A stretch of 64,000 nucleotides of DNA, taken from the NCBI RefSeq assembly GCF_009914755.1, contig NC_060931.1. One strand, written 5' to 3'. Position 1 is the first letter of the stretch. Each line of letters starts with the position of its first letter. The notes under the pieces are model-generated. The model had not been told where the DNA came from. It saw only the letters and a list, made by a program, of their open reading frames with translations, and ran no database searches. Below are positions 40,270-57,084 of the stretch, one piece after another. This DNA comes from the human T2T-CHM13v2.0 reference genome, Homo sapiens. Made by a program: the position numbers and the translations under genes.

Positions 40270-41495
40270 TGCTATGGATTGTATTGTGCCAGCTCCACCC
40301 AAAATTTATGTGTTAATGCCCTAACCCTCAATATGACTGTATGTAGATAGGGAGATTTCAAAGTAAATAAGGTTAAATGAAATCATCACTGTGACTCATA
40401 AGCTTAATCAGACATGTCACCAGAAGCCTAGAATAAAGATGGGATTACACCAGCAGAAAACACAGGCAGTTTGATCTGAAAAGTGTGGAGAAAGCAGGAT
40501 GGACTGAAGGAAGGCTGTTGGACTTAGATACAAAAGGACCAGGCCATAGAATATTTATTTGGCTGTGAACATGTTATTTTTTAAGAAAAGTAAAGAATGA
40601 TCACAACTGTGATTCAGTGATTGTCAGGACTGCCTCCTTCATTTCAAAAAGTGAGGTCATTGTCTCAATTGCTCAAGCCAGACAGCCTCTGACCAAAGCT
40701 TCAGGGCCAGGACCATTGCCCAAGAGGATCTGAAAATGGGATTGCTACCCTAGTGGATTTGGAAGGTAAAACATGGAACCAAAGAGGATTATTCTTGAGC
40801 ATTAAGATCTAATGGAATTTATCTTGCTGGCTTCTGGATTAGCTTGACATCTGTCACTCTTTTCTTTCTTCTGACTTTTTTGTTTTGGAATGAGATTGTC
40901 TTAAGCATGTGCCACTGTTGTATTTTGGAAGGATGTAACTTGTCTGATTGCATAGGCTCACAGATGGAGAGACATTTTTCCTCAGAATTAACCATACCTT
41001 GAGTCCCATTCATATCTGATTTAGACAATATTTAGGTGAGATTTCGACTTAGATTTCCGAATTGAGCTGGAATCAATGTAGTTTGCATGTGATAACAGCA
41101 CAAATTTTGGTTGGCCAGGGTTAGAATGTTGTGGACTGAATTGCGACCCCCTCAAAATTCTTATGTTGTAGCCCTAACTCCCAGTGTGATTGTATCTAGA
41201 GATGGGGTCTTTAAGAGATAATTAAAGTTAAATGAGGTAATATGAATGAAACCTTAATCCTTTAGAACTTTGACCTTATAAAAAAGAGAAAGAGGCAGCT
41301 TTCCCTCATTCTTTCTACCATGTGAGGGCACAGGAGAAAGGAGACTGTCTGCAAGCCAGAAAGGCAGCCCTGATCAGAAACTGAACCTTTCTGGACCTTG
41401 ATCTTGGACTTTCCACCCGCCAGAACTGGGAGAAAATGAATTTCTCATGTTTAAGCACACGGTATATGGTATTTTGTTATGATTGCCCATGTTTA
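40270..41495 (+). mobile_element. MLT1A-like MaLR: partial 5' LTR, internal fragment and 3' LTR (LTR from ~41127)
   Basis: tgctatggattg... start; internal ggaaccaaagaggattattcttgagc; 3' LTR tgttgtggactgaattg...gatcttggactttcc...tatggtattttgttatg. Confidence 0.75.
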
Positions 41496-42000
41496 CCAAT
41501 AAACATCATGTTACACATAGAGATCTGCTTCCACTTCAGACAAATCTAATAAGCAATGGGCAAGCAGTACTTTCCATTAATCCTTCTGCCTTCTGTGTTT
41601 CAGAAAACAGAGTGTGCCAATATAAGGCTTTCTCAGGGCACATATTGGAGATATTGTGGTGCTATTTTAATTGCTAAGAAAAACACTACTACAACAAAGT
41701 TTAGCCATTTTACACAACCATTTACCCTAAGGAATTAATCAAGGATATATGCAAATATCCATAGGTATTAATTTAGATATTAATTTTCACTGAATCACAA
41801 TTTATACTACCTCAAATTTGTGTAATTTAATAATGTCATATATAAATAGCTAACAAACGAAGACACTACATAAAATGAAATACCATACATCTATGAAAAT
41901 AGTGTTCAGTAAGAGTATCTATTGACAAGACTCCATAACTATAACATGTTGTCACATTATAAATAGTACATACGATATCATGCATTAACAAACATGTGTT

Positions 42001-42301
<301 letters not shown>

Positions 42302-43769
42302 TCAAATTCCTCCACATTGGAGCAAGATAAAAATAAAAAAAATACTGTACATAAAAATTCCATGTAGGTAGACAGTGTTAACCTTAAGTGTGCTAAGTAA
42401 AGCACTAAATATTAGTGCTGCTTTAAATGTTTATGTGTATACAAAAGAACCTAAAAAAGGGTGGAAAATATAAATAATTGGAGCTTTGGGTTCAATTTTA
42501 ATTAATTTAATAATTAATTTTAAATAATTTAATTTTTTATACGTTTGTTAAATGTACAAAATGTACATACAATAACTATAAGAATACTAGTAGGAGTATA
42601 ATATATGATGAAATGATAAATAACTTTAAAAATTTAGCATTAAAGAATAAGAACATTATGATCAGCAGTATACATTGATAAAATGAATTTTCTTCTAATT
42701 TATCATCTTGAAATAAAAATATTAATCAATCTTCCCACAGCTTCTCTTTGTTTCTTTGCTTGTATTTATAAAATAAGAGGCAGTAAACTAGAAGATGAAG
42801 CAAACAATAATGAAAACAGGAGTTGAGGGTGGCTGTACACTTCTGAATTGTGGCAACAAGTACACACAAATAACAGCCTGAAATGCTCACAACCTTGGAT
42901 GTTTGCTTTTGTTTATGAACTATATAGGGTGCTTATTTTCTGCTTTTCATGATGGCAATAACCAATCTTTTCCCACCATATTTATGGTGCTTTTCCTTCC
43001 TTTTTTTTTAAAGAATATTTTATGCTTGGCAGTATCTAAATGTTGTGTCTGGAATTTAAATAGGAGAAACTGTAATTTAGCCTTAGCTAACTGAAGGAGG
43101 CCAAGCCCACTGCTGAATTGATGGTGATTATCTTTAGCAGAGTGAAATGGAAGGGTTCATTGATTGAATACTATTATGACTTAGGTTCTTTTCATATATC
43201 ATCTTGTGACATTCTCCAAACAACCCTGTGGGGTAGGAGATATATTTCTCAGTTTCCAGGAAAAGAAAAATAGCATGGAGCAGTTTTCAGCTTTGGCTTT
43301 TCTGAGCTCATATCCCATGGTAAGTGGACTGGCCACACTAAATAACACGTATGTAAGATGATATTATGGACACATTAATTGTTGAAGTAGACCTAGTCAG
43401 TGTTGCACAAAGATCTCAAGTCAAGAGCGCTAAACACATTGGCTAACAATGTAGTATATATGTCAATACTCTTGTCTAGGTGTTGCCTAAGGGGCTTATA
43501 TCATACCTGCATTAGTTAAACACAATTTTAGGTAATGAACAGATACTTTAACTATAATCTAAAATAGTGGTAGATCTGAAATTGTGCATCATATGATAAT
43601 AAAAACAGTAGCTAATAAACCAGCATTTATCTGGGTTTAATAAAAACATTGGCAATGAAACGCAGTATATTCATATTTCTCTTTGTTTCCTTGTAACATT
43701 GTTGCAAAAAGAAAGGCTGACTTTATTCAGAGAAACATTCCTCTCAGTGCAGGGAAACATATGTAATCC

Positions 43770-45940
<2,171 letters not shown>

Positions 45941-46653
45941 AAGTTCTAAAGTCTCCTGACTTTCACAGTAACTCAGGTGAAACACTTGCATTCAGATCAG
46001 CATTTATTAATTTCAGTTCTATCTAAGGGCATGTGATATAAATTAGACTCTATGTACTCCGGACAAAATGCTAAAATTTGTCAATAAATCTACCAAAACA
46101 GGTTCTATATTCTCAGGTGCCAATAGAAGAAGATGATATTCAAATCATGCAACATGCACTGTGGTAAACAAGACACATCTGACTACCAAAACACAGGAAA
46201 AGCATTTGTCTACCATGTCTAGCTTGTCATGAATTACTAGAATACTAATTAAGGGAAATCATAGAAATTAAATGTCTTGCAAATTGAAAGTTCCTTCATA
46301 TTTGGTTGTGAGGAAAAAAGAAAGCAAAAATTTTTAAAGCTATTCTTATTGTAATGATTTTCACTTCTATTTTAAATTACATTTAGCATTCATTCCCTTT
46401 TGTCTTTCATTCACAACAGATACACAAGTGGGTGCACACACTCTAATTTGTTTCAGAAACTTTGCCATTCCAATGAACGATCCTTTTTACTTAAATCAAG
46501 TTTATTTAGGTTTTTGATCAAAAAGTTTTCCGGGAAATGTATGCTTTGTTTTCAATGCCTACAAAATATTGTGCATGTAATACGAGTTTAAAATTCTAGG
46601 CATTGTTTTTAACTGTCATAATTAATAATTGAATTTAAATTATGTACAAATGC

Positions 46654-47055
46654 TGTAATGACTACTCAAAACAGAGCAAAATATTCCCACCCAAAATTTG
46701 GTTCAGATGTTGAGATTAATGAAGCCACACACCCACCTAGAGGGCATGAAAATTTTTATATCTTACATAATGAGGTTTTCTGAAGAAAAGAGGGCATTAT
46801 CTTCCAAGCTTGTCTGAAAATGGCTTGAAAGGGCAGAGAAAGGAGGGTGGTTTGGGGTGTTTATGTTGGTTTAGGGGCTAGGGCTGGGGTGAGCGTTTTC
46901 ATGTAAGTGGTGGCAGGAGGTTGTGTGATTTGAACTTTTCACTGGTGTCAAAGGAGAGAGCACTGGGACATTCTTATCAACTGCTCAGATGGTGAAGCAC
47001 AATAAGAAGATGAGAAGGGCATGGGGAGTCACATCAAAAATGGCATCAGGCTCTG
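46654..47055. mobile_element. ERVL-type LTR (MER76-like)
   Basis: cccacccaaaatttggttcagatgttgaga...acataatgaggttttctg motif. Family assignment from recall. Confidence 0.5.
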
Positions 47056-47879
47056 CATGCGTTCACGTCCCTGTGTGATGACGTCAACAACAGGCCATGC
47101 CTACTCCGTGCCAGATGACAGGTAGCTTGGGAGATGTCCAGTTTATCTAAATGAAGACTTTTTAGCCTTCACAGAATGACTGATTATTCATTCAGTGTCA
47201 ATCAGATAGGTTAAAAAATGTAGAGCTAATAGTTCCCATTTGTAATTCTTGCATAGAAATGAATGTTGTGTAGAAACTGTTACACAACAAACATTAAGGG
47301 CCTTAGGTTACTAGATATGATCTTCTACTTAAACTACTTTTCATTGATGTGACCTTCTTTCCAGTGCAAGGTAGTCTGGTAGCAAAAGGGAAGGAAATGG
47401 AAATCTTCTTTTATGAAAATAGATGGACTATTCCAGACTGTATCTGCAGAAAAATAAACGAATGTCTGCAGCAGTTGAAATTACGGCAAAGCCATCGCAT
47501 TACAGACAGCAGAGCAGGGAAGGTGGGAACCAGGCTTGCGGTCGCCTGCCTGTCAGGTAGCAGATTTAGGGATAAGTCAGGGGACAGGTGAGATGAGGGA
47601 CAAATCAAATAAGCGGGCCAAATCCTGAAATGTGAAAGGCTGTGGCCAGAGAGAGGAGTTTTGGATTATGAAATAATGAGAGTAGAGAAATTCCTGCTAC
47701 TGACAACATTGAGGATGCAGACAGGAGACAGGAACCTATTGAACATTTTAAGATTAAAATCCTCTGATTATTCACCCAATAACCATTACGTGGCAGGCAG
47801 TGTTTTGGTGATAGAATATTAGATAAGAAAAAAATCCTGACGTTTAGGGTCATCCAACTAAATGGGGTATTAGCCGCTA

Positions 47880-48060
47880 GGGAAGCATTTTACATCAATG
47901 TTCCCTCATCCTTCATCCACCTGCAGAAGTGTTGTTATTATCTGCACTTTAGAGATGAGGAAACTAAGACTTAGGGGAGTTAAATTAAATGCCTAGAGTC
48001 AAGCAACTGGTTAAATGTCAAACCGTGTAGGAGTCAAACCCAATTCTGCTTTTCAGCAAA
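47880..48060 (-). mobile_element. MIR fragment
   Basis: cactttagagatgaggaaactaagacttagggg. Confidence 0.78.
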
Positions 48061-49034
48061 TTATTCTTTCTGTTATTGCTTTCCCAGCAAGAAGACCTCT
48101 TGAAATGAAAAGCAAAAGCAGCATTAGATGCTGATATCAGGCCTAATAGTTGTACATTTAGAAGAGATAAGATTAGAATCAAAAATAAGTGGGCAGAAAA
48201 ATTTCAAGTACTAATAATGGAGCAAGAGACAAAAGATACCATATTCTCTGAATTTTTAATAACTTTAAGTAATTGAAAAACATTAAGATGATCAAAGAAG
48301 ATATGAATAAAATTGTCACTTAGATAAAATAAATGTTCTAAGAAATTAAGAAAAAGAAAACTTTGTGGATGGAATTTCCTGATAGTTGACATTCAAGAAG
48401 CAGATGCAAATTTGCTAAATGTTTCCTTTATCACTTACGATCCAGCACATACACTGTGACTTCTATTATAATCAGAGGACCTGCTGGGCCCTGGAGATGA
48501 AAAGGTGACTTTTTGGGGTGTAGAGTGTGAATGTTAAATTTCCCCCTGAGAAAACCCCACTGGTTATCTAATTAAGCCTGTGAACATCCTCTCCCCAAAA
48601 TGCACACATATAATTTATAACTCCTGGAGTTTACAAGATATTCTTTCTATCTTACTGAAAATGTGGTGTGTTAGAACAAGTCACTTTGTTGATGTCCTAA
48701 AAGTCAAAAGTCTGTGACCAATATGCATGTTAGAATTTTTTAGTATATAGTATTTTCAAAAGACAAAATGTGGATTCAAGAATATTTTTCACTCCTTAGG
48801 CTATGTTTTCTGGCAATGAACATAGAAAGAAGTTTTGCTTGACAGAGAAGGTTTGGGTAAGAGAAACACCTTGTACTAATGATTATGAATTCATCTCTAC
48901 TGCTGCATGTAGTATTTTATTTAACCTGCAGAAAATTATGTTTTATGTAATATGAATTCTGAAGAAATTAATTCCTGTAAGGGTGCCTAAAATTTAAAAC
49001 AAATGAGCAAATGACTTATATGTTTCTTTGTTTA

Positions 49035-49598
49035 TGTGTAGATTTCTTTTGCTGGATAACTGATTACCACAAACTTAGAGGCTTAAATAGCCTATTTTAT
49101 ATTCTCATATTTTCTACGTACCAGGCATCTGACTATGGCTTAACTGGGTCCTCTAACGGGGTCTCACAGATGCAATTAAGGTGTTAGGTGGGGCTGCAAT
49201 CTCATCTAAGGCTCGGGATTCTAGGCTCACATAAATATTGTCAGAATTCATTTCCTGGAAGCTGTAGAGTTCATTTTGGCTTCTTCTAAGCTGCAGTGGA
49301 AAGCCTCTACTGCTTTGAGTTTCTGACATCAGGAAAGGAAGCCCTCTTTTAAAAGACTCACTTGCATCGATCAGGTCCACCCAAGATTATCTTTCTTAGA
49401 TTGATTCAAAACCAAATGATTAGGTATCCTGCACCTTGTAGTGCCTCCACTTTTGCCGTATCCTGTGCATAATTACAAGAGTGACATTGCATGTTGTTCT
49501 CAGGACCCCAGACCAACCCAGTCAGGTACACCTTCCTGGGCAGGGGAGTCCACAAGGGTGTGAGTCACAGGGGAGCATTCCAGAATTATGCCCACAAC
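49035..49598 (-). mobile_element. MLT1 (E/F-like) LTR
   Basis: ttaccacaaacttagaggcttaaa...ggcttaactgggtcctct...ggggctgcaatctcatctaaggct. Confidence 0.75.
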
Positions 49599-49658
49599 AA
49601 TGTTTATCCACAGAGAGATCTCACAAATGTAGTAGCACAGCTTTTTAAAGAAAACCTT

Positions 49659-50072
<414 letters not shown>

Positions 50073-53000
50073 TTATTTTAGTTTTTTAATAATGGGAAAA
50101 GTATGTACATTAAACTCCTGTTTGTTAGAATTTCTTTATTACACTTTCTCTTTTGTCAACTTTCCAATCTCTTTTGTCTCAAGAGTGTTCCAGTTAGATG
50201 CTAAAATGTCTGCAATTTGGGAAAAATTAAGAGATTTATTTAAAAATATTTTGTGATTGAACTTTCAAAAATAAAAATAACAGAAAAAGAATGTGTACAC
50301 ATAACTGTACTTCTTTTCTGGTATATGATATAATTGAATTTTTTTCAATGTTGCTTTCATTCTAGGAGCTGGTTTCTTCTTTATCTACCTGGTACTTATC
50401 ATGAAAGTAAATAATAGTTATAGAAGGCACTCATTCATCACTCAGTCATCTCTGTCATAACTCAATTGCTGCAACAGTGGTACCACTTCTACACATGCTA
50501 TGAAAGAACCAGCATAATCACTCTTTAAAGTCATTACAGATTAAACAAATAACAGTGAAGCACATTTTGGTAAACGTTTATTTTTCTTGCTCTAAACATA
50601 GTATGTCCTCACATTTACTTTAAGTTCTGTCCTTGAATTAATTTCATTTATAATATATTTTAAAAATAAGAAAAAACTTGATGTCCCTCATTAAGAAAAC
50701 TTTTGATTTGTATGCATCTCATGTTGTGTTTTTGTAAACTACCACTGAAAAATCTTAAGATAATTGCTGTATAATGGGGTAATTAATTAAAATAACAATA
50801 ATAAAAATTAAAATTCTAAATTAGTCTCAAACCATGTTAACTTTACTTTAATTCTCAAGCTGTAATTTCAAACCAGAGAAGAAACTTAGAGGCATTCCAT
50901 GTAAACTTCAATTTTGCCTGTGTGGTGTGTGTGTTTTGTTTTGTTTTGTTTTTTAGGAAGAAGAGTGGCCCAAAAGATGATGAGTCTTTATTGTAATCAT
51001 ATAACAGTGATTTTGTAATCACATAACTGATTTTTTAAATAAGGTTATCTCCTTTTGAACATTTTCTGAGATGCTAGAGATAGTGGGTAAATGAAAATAG
51101 AAAAGATAAATAAAATGGAAATATTTAGGATACTTTTAAAGACACGTAATTATTAAGTATTGTTTTAAAGGAAGAGAAGACTGTTTATTCAGTGACAAAG
51201 AAATAGGACGGGAAGTCATGGGGGAAATCAGACCTGGGAATCCCTAAGAGAATCCTATATCTTTGTTCCATTTTGCAGCATGTAGGTAACATGGTGTGGT
51301 GGCAAGACAGTTTTTGTTTGTTTGTTCCTTTGTGTTTCAAGCGAGACAAATTTGGAGGAAGAGATATTACATCCATTGATCTATTCATTCACTAAACATT
51401 TACTAAGCTACTGTTGTGTGATCAACACTGCATTTTGTATCAGTCTAAAGAATGTACATAATATTTTGGGGGGACCATTTGTTTTACAATTTTCGTATAC
51501 TTTACAAGCCAAAATATCACCTCATCTTAATAGTCGTAAACTGAGCACAGCTGTATGCATTATGTAAAACTTAAACATTTTCAAATATATTAACCAAATT
51601 CAGTAGCATAGTTTCATTTACTACACCCAGAAGGCATACTCTCTAACTGGTCTGGGAATAGTCTCACTTTTTATTTGAAATTCAACAGTTATTAAAACTG
51701 TTTTGGCTGGAGTACCAGCCAGTTGACCCAGGCTCAAAATCAGATCTCAGTAGGGAGACTATTTTCTTTAATCCAAGCCAGAATGGAAAGAATCTCGGCC
51801 AAGTGTCCAAGCTAAAGGCAAGCTCAAACAAACAAAACCAATCACACTAAAAGATGGTCCTGTATGATAGATGAACCTAAGTAGAACAAGCCTGAAAAGA
51901 AAGATAAGCTGGTTCAAAATAAATAAGGACAGAACATGATTTTCTATAAACAACATCTAGATTTCTGAAGATCTCCCTTTGCATCTAGATTTTTATGTCA
52001 CATGTTGGCCTGAAAAGGCTAGAAAGAATAATTTTATTTCATTTTTAGCTGAAATATACTTCATAAGTGTGTATACACTGAAACACTTTAAATTACTGAC
52101 CATTCTTGGCATTTCACACTTACTTTTATCTTCCCTGTACCTCAAAGAAATACAAGTAAGCCACTTTTTAAATGATAAGACAAGTCACCATTGTTTTCAA
52201 GGCCATGGATCAAAACTTGGAAGAAAAACTTAGCCACTGACAACTTTTTATTGGAAATTATTTTATTAATTTAGATCTGCTTGAAAATAATCCTTACTGA
52301 ATGCATACTATAAACTTTTATGTGGATGTCAATGAATAGAACAAAAATGATATAAAAGTCATAGTTTCAAAAAAAAAAAAGGAGAGAGACTTGGCTTTTT
52401 TTTCCATTCCTAATTCTCCCATTCTTTCAAGTTCCCTTATTTACTTTGAGATTATTACATTTTTCTTCCATTCCCACTTCTCCTCGTCTATCATGCTCCT
52501 TTCTCATTTTATTTGAGACTACTACAATGTGTCTCTAATGGTTCTATTGCACTCAATCTGTGCACTCAGAAACTGGCAGAGAAGCACCCAAAAACAGCCT
52601 GTTGAGCTCCCTAGAAGAAAACCCCCAATCGTGTCACTTCACTTCACATGAAAAAACTTCTTCATTTTCTGCCAAATGAAACCTGACTTCTCCGCCTGTC
52701 TTTCAGGCTTTCTACTGAAAACCCACCCCACATTTTCAATATCATGTCTCGCCATTCCTTACCTAGAATGAGCTCTTCTCTGCCCTGTGCCTTCCAGCAC
52801 CTGTGGCTTTATTCTGATAGTCCTTTCTGCTTTTTATCTAGTTCTATGAGTCCAACTCAAATTCTGAATCCTCCTGGAATTTACTCTAATTTATTTTCCT
52901 TTCAGTACTTCCCTGTTCTCAGAATGAGCTGTTCTACCTTGGCGCACTCACATACTTGCTTCTGATGCTATGTCTCATGTGCAGAATTGTGTCCCAGGTA

Positions 53001-53624
53001 TTTTTCTAAGTCTCTCTAGTTTCCTTAAACAATGACGAGCTCTGTGAGGTGCAGGCTGCACTGGATCCAGGGCTCTCCATGAGCAGCTCCCCAGCAGCCT
53101 GCAACTGGCATGGATTGCCCTGCACCCTCCTCTCCAGGCACAGTGTGGGAAAGCTTTTCATTTTCATAAAGCTTATTTTTTATATAAAATAAAATAAAAA
53201 CCTGCATGATAACTCATGATACGTTGGAGGGAAATAAAGAGGCAGATGTGGCAGGATATCACAAGGAAATGTCAGCATCTTATGCAGCAGGGTTTGATTT
53301 GGGGGACAGTGGAGAATAGATAAGATCGAGAGGAATGATAAAATAATAGGGAAGACTGTACCCACAGACAATAAACAGACAGGCAAGGAGACTGCACCAT
53401 GCAGAAAAGAGGGGAGATTAGGAGTGGCGGATGAATGATAAGTAGTTTTGGTTATTCATAAATCAGAAAACAGGTAGTTTTGGATTTAGTATTTCAGTTC
53501 TGGTCACATAGGTTAAATACACACTGAGATATACTGAAAGAGTCCATAAATCTAAAAAACAACTGAAATATTTAAATACCTAGATAAAAATACTGGCACG
53601 GAACAAATTGTGTATAAAAAGTAA

Positions 53625-53700
53625 TTGTTACCTAATAAACTTTTTTCAGATACTGTGCAATATTATGCTCAGTATCTGAAAAAAGTTTATTAGGTAACAA
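53625..53700. repeat. Palindrome/hairpin with perfect 31-bp arms and a 14-nt spacer
   Basis: ttgttacctaataaacttttttcagatactg (53625-53655) is the exact reverse complement of 53670-53700. Confidence 0.97.
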
Positions 53701-54379
53701 ATTAAAATGTGCTTTATGCAAATATATGGGCATTAGCTTAAAATATCTACCTTGTCTTGAGTTCAGTGTATTTTAAAAATGCAAAAATAAATATAATTTA
53801 TTTGTATTTTTTTATCTAGATACTTTTATTTAAATTACTTAATTAGCTTCTTTATGTTCCACCTCCCATGAAAATGATTGAGAGTGGCTTATATAGACAC
53901 ATGCAATAAAACAAAAGTTAAGGAAAATAGATGAAACACTTGGAATACATACAATACAATGAAATTGAGCTAAGAATGTTCCACAAAGGACATATTATAA
54001 GGTTCTAAATCATAAGTTGGTAGAAGGATCAAAATATGGCTCTGAACTTTCTGGAGGCTGGAGCAAAGAGAGAAGTGTGATCATTACAAAACTTATCAAG
54101 CATTTCTTATCAAGAACTTGGAAAAGGAAAAGATCAAAGAAACAATAACTTATCAAACACTTTGTCTAGGTTCTCTCATTCAATCTTCACATACCCCAAA
54201 GACAGTGGGCCTGTCTTTCCAACCCACGGCAGGGATCAGTGGTTTTTCTGGAGCTGTTATGGAGGTGGTTAGTATGTCGGAGTAGCTTCCTCTTCTCCTG
54301 CATGAAGGAGGGAACAGTTGCTGTCCTTTAAAATGAATCTTTTCTCCAAGAAGAATTCAGAAAGAAGCCAAAAAATTAG

Positions 54380-56390
54380 GAAATATGAAAAAAAAAAGAT
54401 CTGAAGACATTGGAGAGGTCATAACTATATGCCTGAAGACAGGCATAACTATACGGCTAAGATTTCAGAGATGAAATCTCACAGAAAGTGAGCCCAGTGT
54501 TGAGGACTGCTTCTCCCCTAGAGATGTAATCTAAATTCACAAAAGTTAACGTAAGTTTGGAAGACTAAGAAGCTGTGAATAAGAGTATTTTGCTCAGAGT
54601 CTGCTAAACAAGGCCCTACAAACCTCCTTGCCCAGGATTTGGGTTGGGATCTCAAAGTGCTACAACCTAGGGGTGAAACTGCTCTTGCAAAAATTACGAT
54701 AGTCAGAGAAATCTGACATAAAAATTATGACAGTGAAATGAATCTGACATAACTGGCTCTGTCCTGCTTCTAACCTCCAAGCTGCCCTTGTTCATTCCTG
54801 GGCATAAGCCAAGCTAACTATGGGAGGAATTTAGTTTACAATTTAACTTTAAAACAAAGATGATAACAGCTCCTTCCTGAAACTAACTGCCTCCTTGCTC
54901 AGGGATCAAAACCACCTGTGTAAAACTAAAATTAGCAACAAGTGTAGAATTATAGTTCAGGAGTCATGCAGCCAGAGGTTACAAGATTTGTAACCTTCCC
55001 AATTGCTCCTATAGATGACATCACTGTTGTAAAACCTAAGGTTGGTATTAGAGGTATTTTCTAGACCCTGCATTTTGATGGACTAGCTGGTGGTCCACCT
55101 GAACCAGTAGCCAATGCTAAGAAATGGGCTCATCTGGTTTTGTGACCCACCACCCAGGAACTGACTCAGCCCAAGAAGGCAGCTTTGACCCGCTATAATT
55201 TTATCCCTGATCCAACCAATCAGCATTCTCCATTCCCTAGCCTACTGCCTGCCAAACTATCCTTGATAAACCCTAGCCTCTGAGGTTTTGAGGAGACTTA
55301 TTTGAGTAATAATTACACCCATCCTTTTACTTGGATAGCCCTGAGATTATTACACTCTTTCTCTACTGTAATATTGCTGTCTCAGTGAATTGACTTTATC
55401 TTTACAGTAGGCAAGAAGAGCCCATTGGGTAATAACAGGAGTGATAGTAATTCATAAATAGACTGGTCATAGCAGGGACTGAAAACCAGCTTTGGATCAT
55501 CTCAATCTATGACTAGATCAAGGCCATATGGGATTACTAATCCCCTAGCTTCTTTCCAGAAGCAAATATGAATCAATCTCAGAGGAAGATAATATTAATT
55601 TAAGCTTAACATTATTTTTATAATTATTCAAATACAATGTCTGGAACTGAAAGAGAAATAATCAATATATGAGGAGACAAAGTAATGTGATACAAGATAA
55701 TGTGAAAAATAATGTTATTTTGCAAAGAAAAATAACAAACAGTAGAAATAGACAGGCAGGGAATGCAGATAATAGAGTTATCAGATATAGGCTTTACTGT
55801 AGCTATGAAAAATATATGCAAGGAAATAAAAGACAAGACTTTCAGCAGAGAACTGGGAACTATAAAAGAAGTTATTTAAATTCTAGAACTAGAATTCAGT
55901 GGATGAAGCTGGACAAAGATTAGACATGGACAAAGATTAGACATAGGCAAAGACAGAAAATATCCAGAATAAAAAATGGAGAGGTAAAGAAGATGAAAAT
56001 GTAGAAAATCACATGAAAAACACAGAGAACACAGTGAAGAAGTCCAGTGCACATGTAATTGAGGTCCCTGAAAAAGAGGCAAGAGAAAGCCTGGGGCAGA
56101 AACAATATTTCTAGACATAGTAAGTGGGAATTTTTAAAAAAGAGAAGCTAATTTCAAATGACTAAGTATAAGATTGGCAACTGCCCTCTCAACAAAAACA
56201 GTGAAAGCCATAAAATTAGGAAATAATATATTTGAATTGCTGGGAGGAAGAAACACTAAAAAGAAAAACAAATACTCTCAACCCAAAATTCTATAACCAA
56301 AGAAGATGATCATTATGATGATGAATATGGATTTAACGTACTGTCTATCAAAATCTCAACGGGCTTTTTTTGCAGAAATTGACAAACTGA
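54380..56390 (+). mobile_element. Ancient L1M 5'/ORF1-region fragments (split by LTR8)
   Basis: A-rich degenerate ORF1-like motifs (gaggtccctgaaaaagagg...ggggcagaaacaatattt; ctcaacccaaaattctataacca). Boundaries approximate. Confidence 0.5.
54674..55437 (+). mobile_element. LTR8-family (LTR8A/B-like, ERV1) solo LTR
   Basis: tgaaactgctcttgcaaaaatta...gcttctaacctccaagctgcccttgttcattcctggg...ggcaagaagagcccattgggtaataaca. Flanks gggg/ggag form an imperfect 4-bp TSD. Confidence 0.85.
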
Positions 56391-56392
56391 TC

Positions 56393-56645
56393 TGCATTAG
56401 TCAGATTTCACCAGAAAAACAGAACTAGTAATATACTAGTAATATACATGAATTATGGAGGCTGAGATGTCCTGAATCTGCAGCTGGAAAGCTAGAGACC
56501 CAGGACTGCTGATGGCATCATTCTAGTTTAAGTATGAAGGCCTGAGAACCAGGAATGCCAGTTTTATAAGTTTCAGTCGGGCTACAAGTCTGAAGGCAGG
56601 AGAAAACCACTGCCTCAGCTTGAAGACAGTCATGCAGAGAGAATT
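56393..56645 (-). mobile_element. MLT2-like (ERVL) LTR fragment
   Basis: tgcattagtcagatttcaccagaaaaacagaac...attatggaggctgag...gagacccagg. Confidence 0.7.
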
Positions 56646-57084
56646 TTAAATATAATTTATTAATTATAATGCTTGAGACAGAACTATTAAAATGTTGTGG
56701 TGAATTAAGTTTGTCACGTGAAAGCTGGGATACCACTCTGCATTGTTGAAACAGAGACAAACATTTTCTCTTTAGTTCTGCAAAGTTAAATTTACCCTGT
56801 GTAATGGCAGCATAAAAATTGGCTGAGATTGATTTTTTTTTTAAACTGGAGTAGAATGGTGTACTTTAAGCTCAGAAGAACCCGAATTAAAAAAAAAAAA
56901 GAAAAAAGAAAAAGTGAAAAATGTTTTATTAGAAGGAACACCTTTTCAGTTGTTACTTTTTATCTGACATGTATGATAACACACAAGAAGATGCTGTAAA
57001 GCTGAAGATGGGGGAGCTAGTGAATAAAAGGTGTTGCACTGGCAATGGGCAGAGAGGTGCCTCACAAGCAGGCAGGGAGAAGCA

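Noticed and set aside
53615-53700. MADE1/miR-548-type element (aaaagtaattg precedes the hairpin)
   Set aside because: Only ~11 bp resemble the MADE1 TIR; the hairpin arms do not match it.
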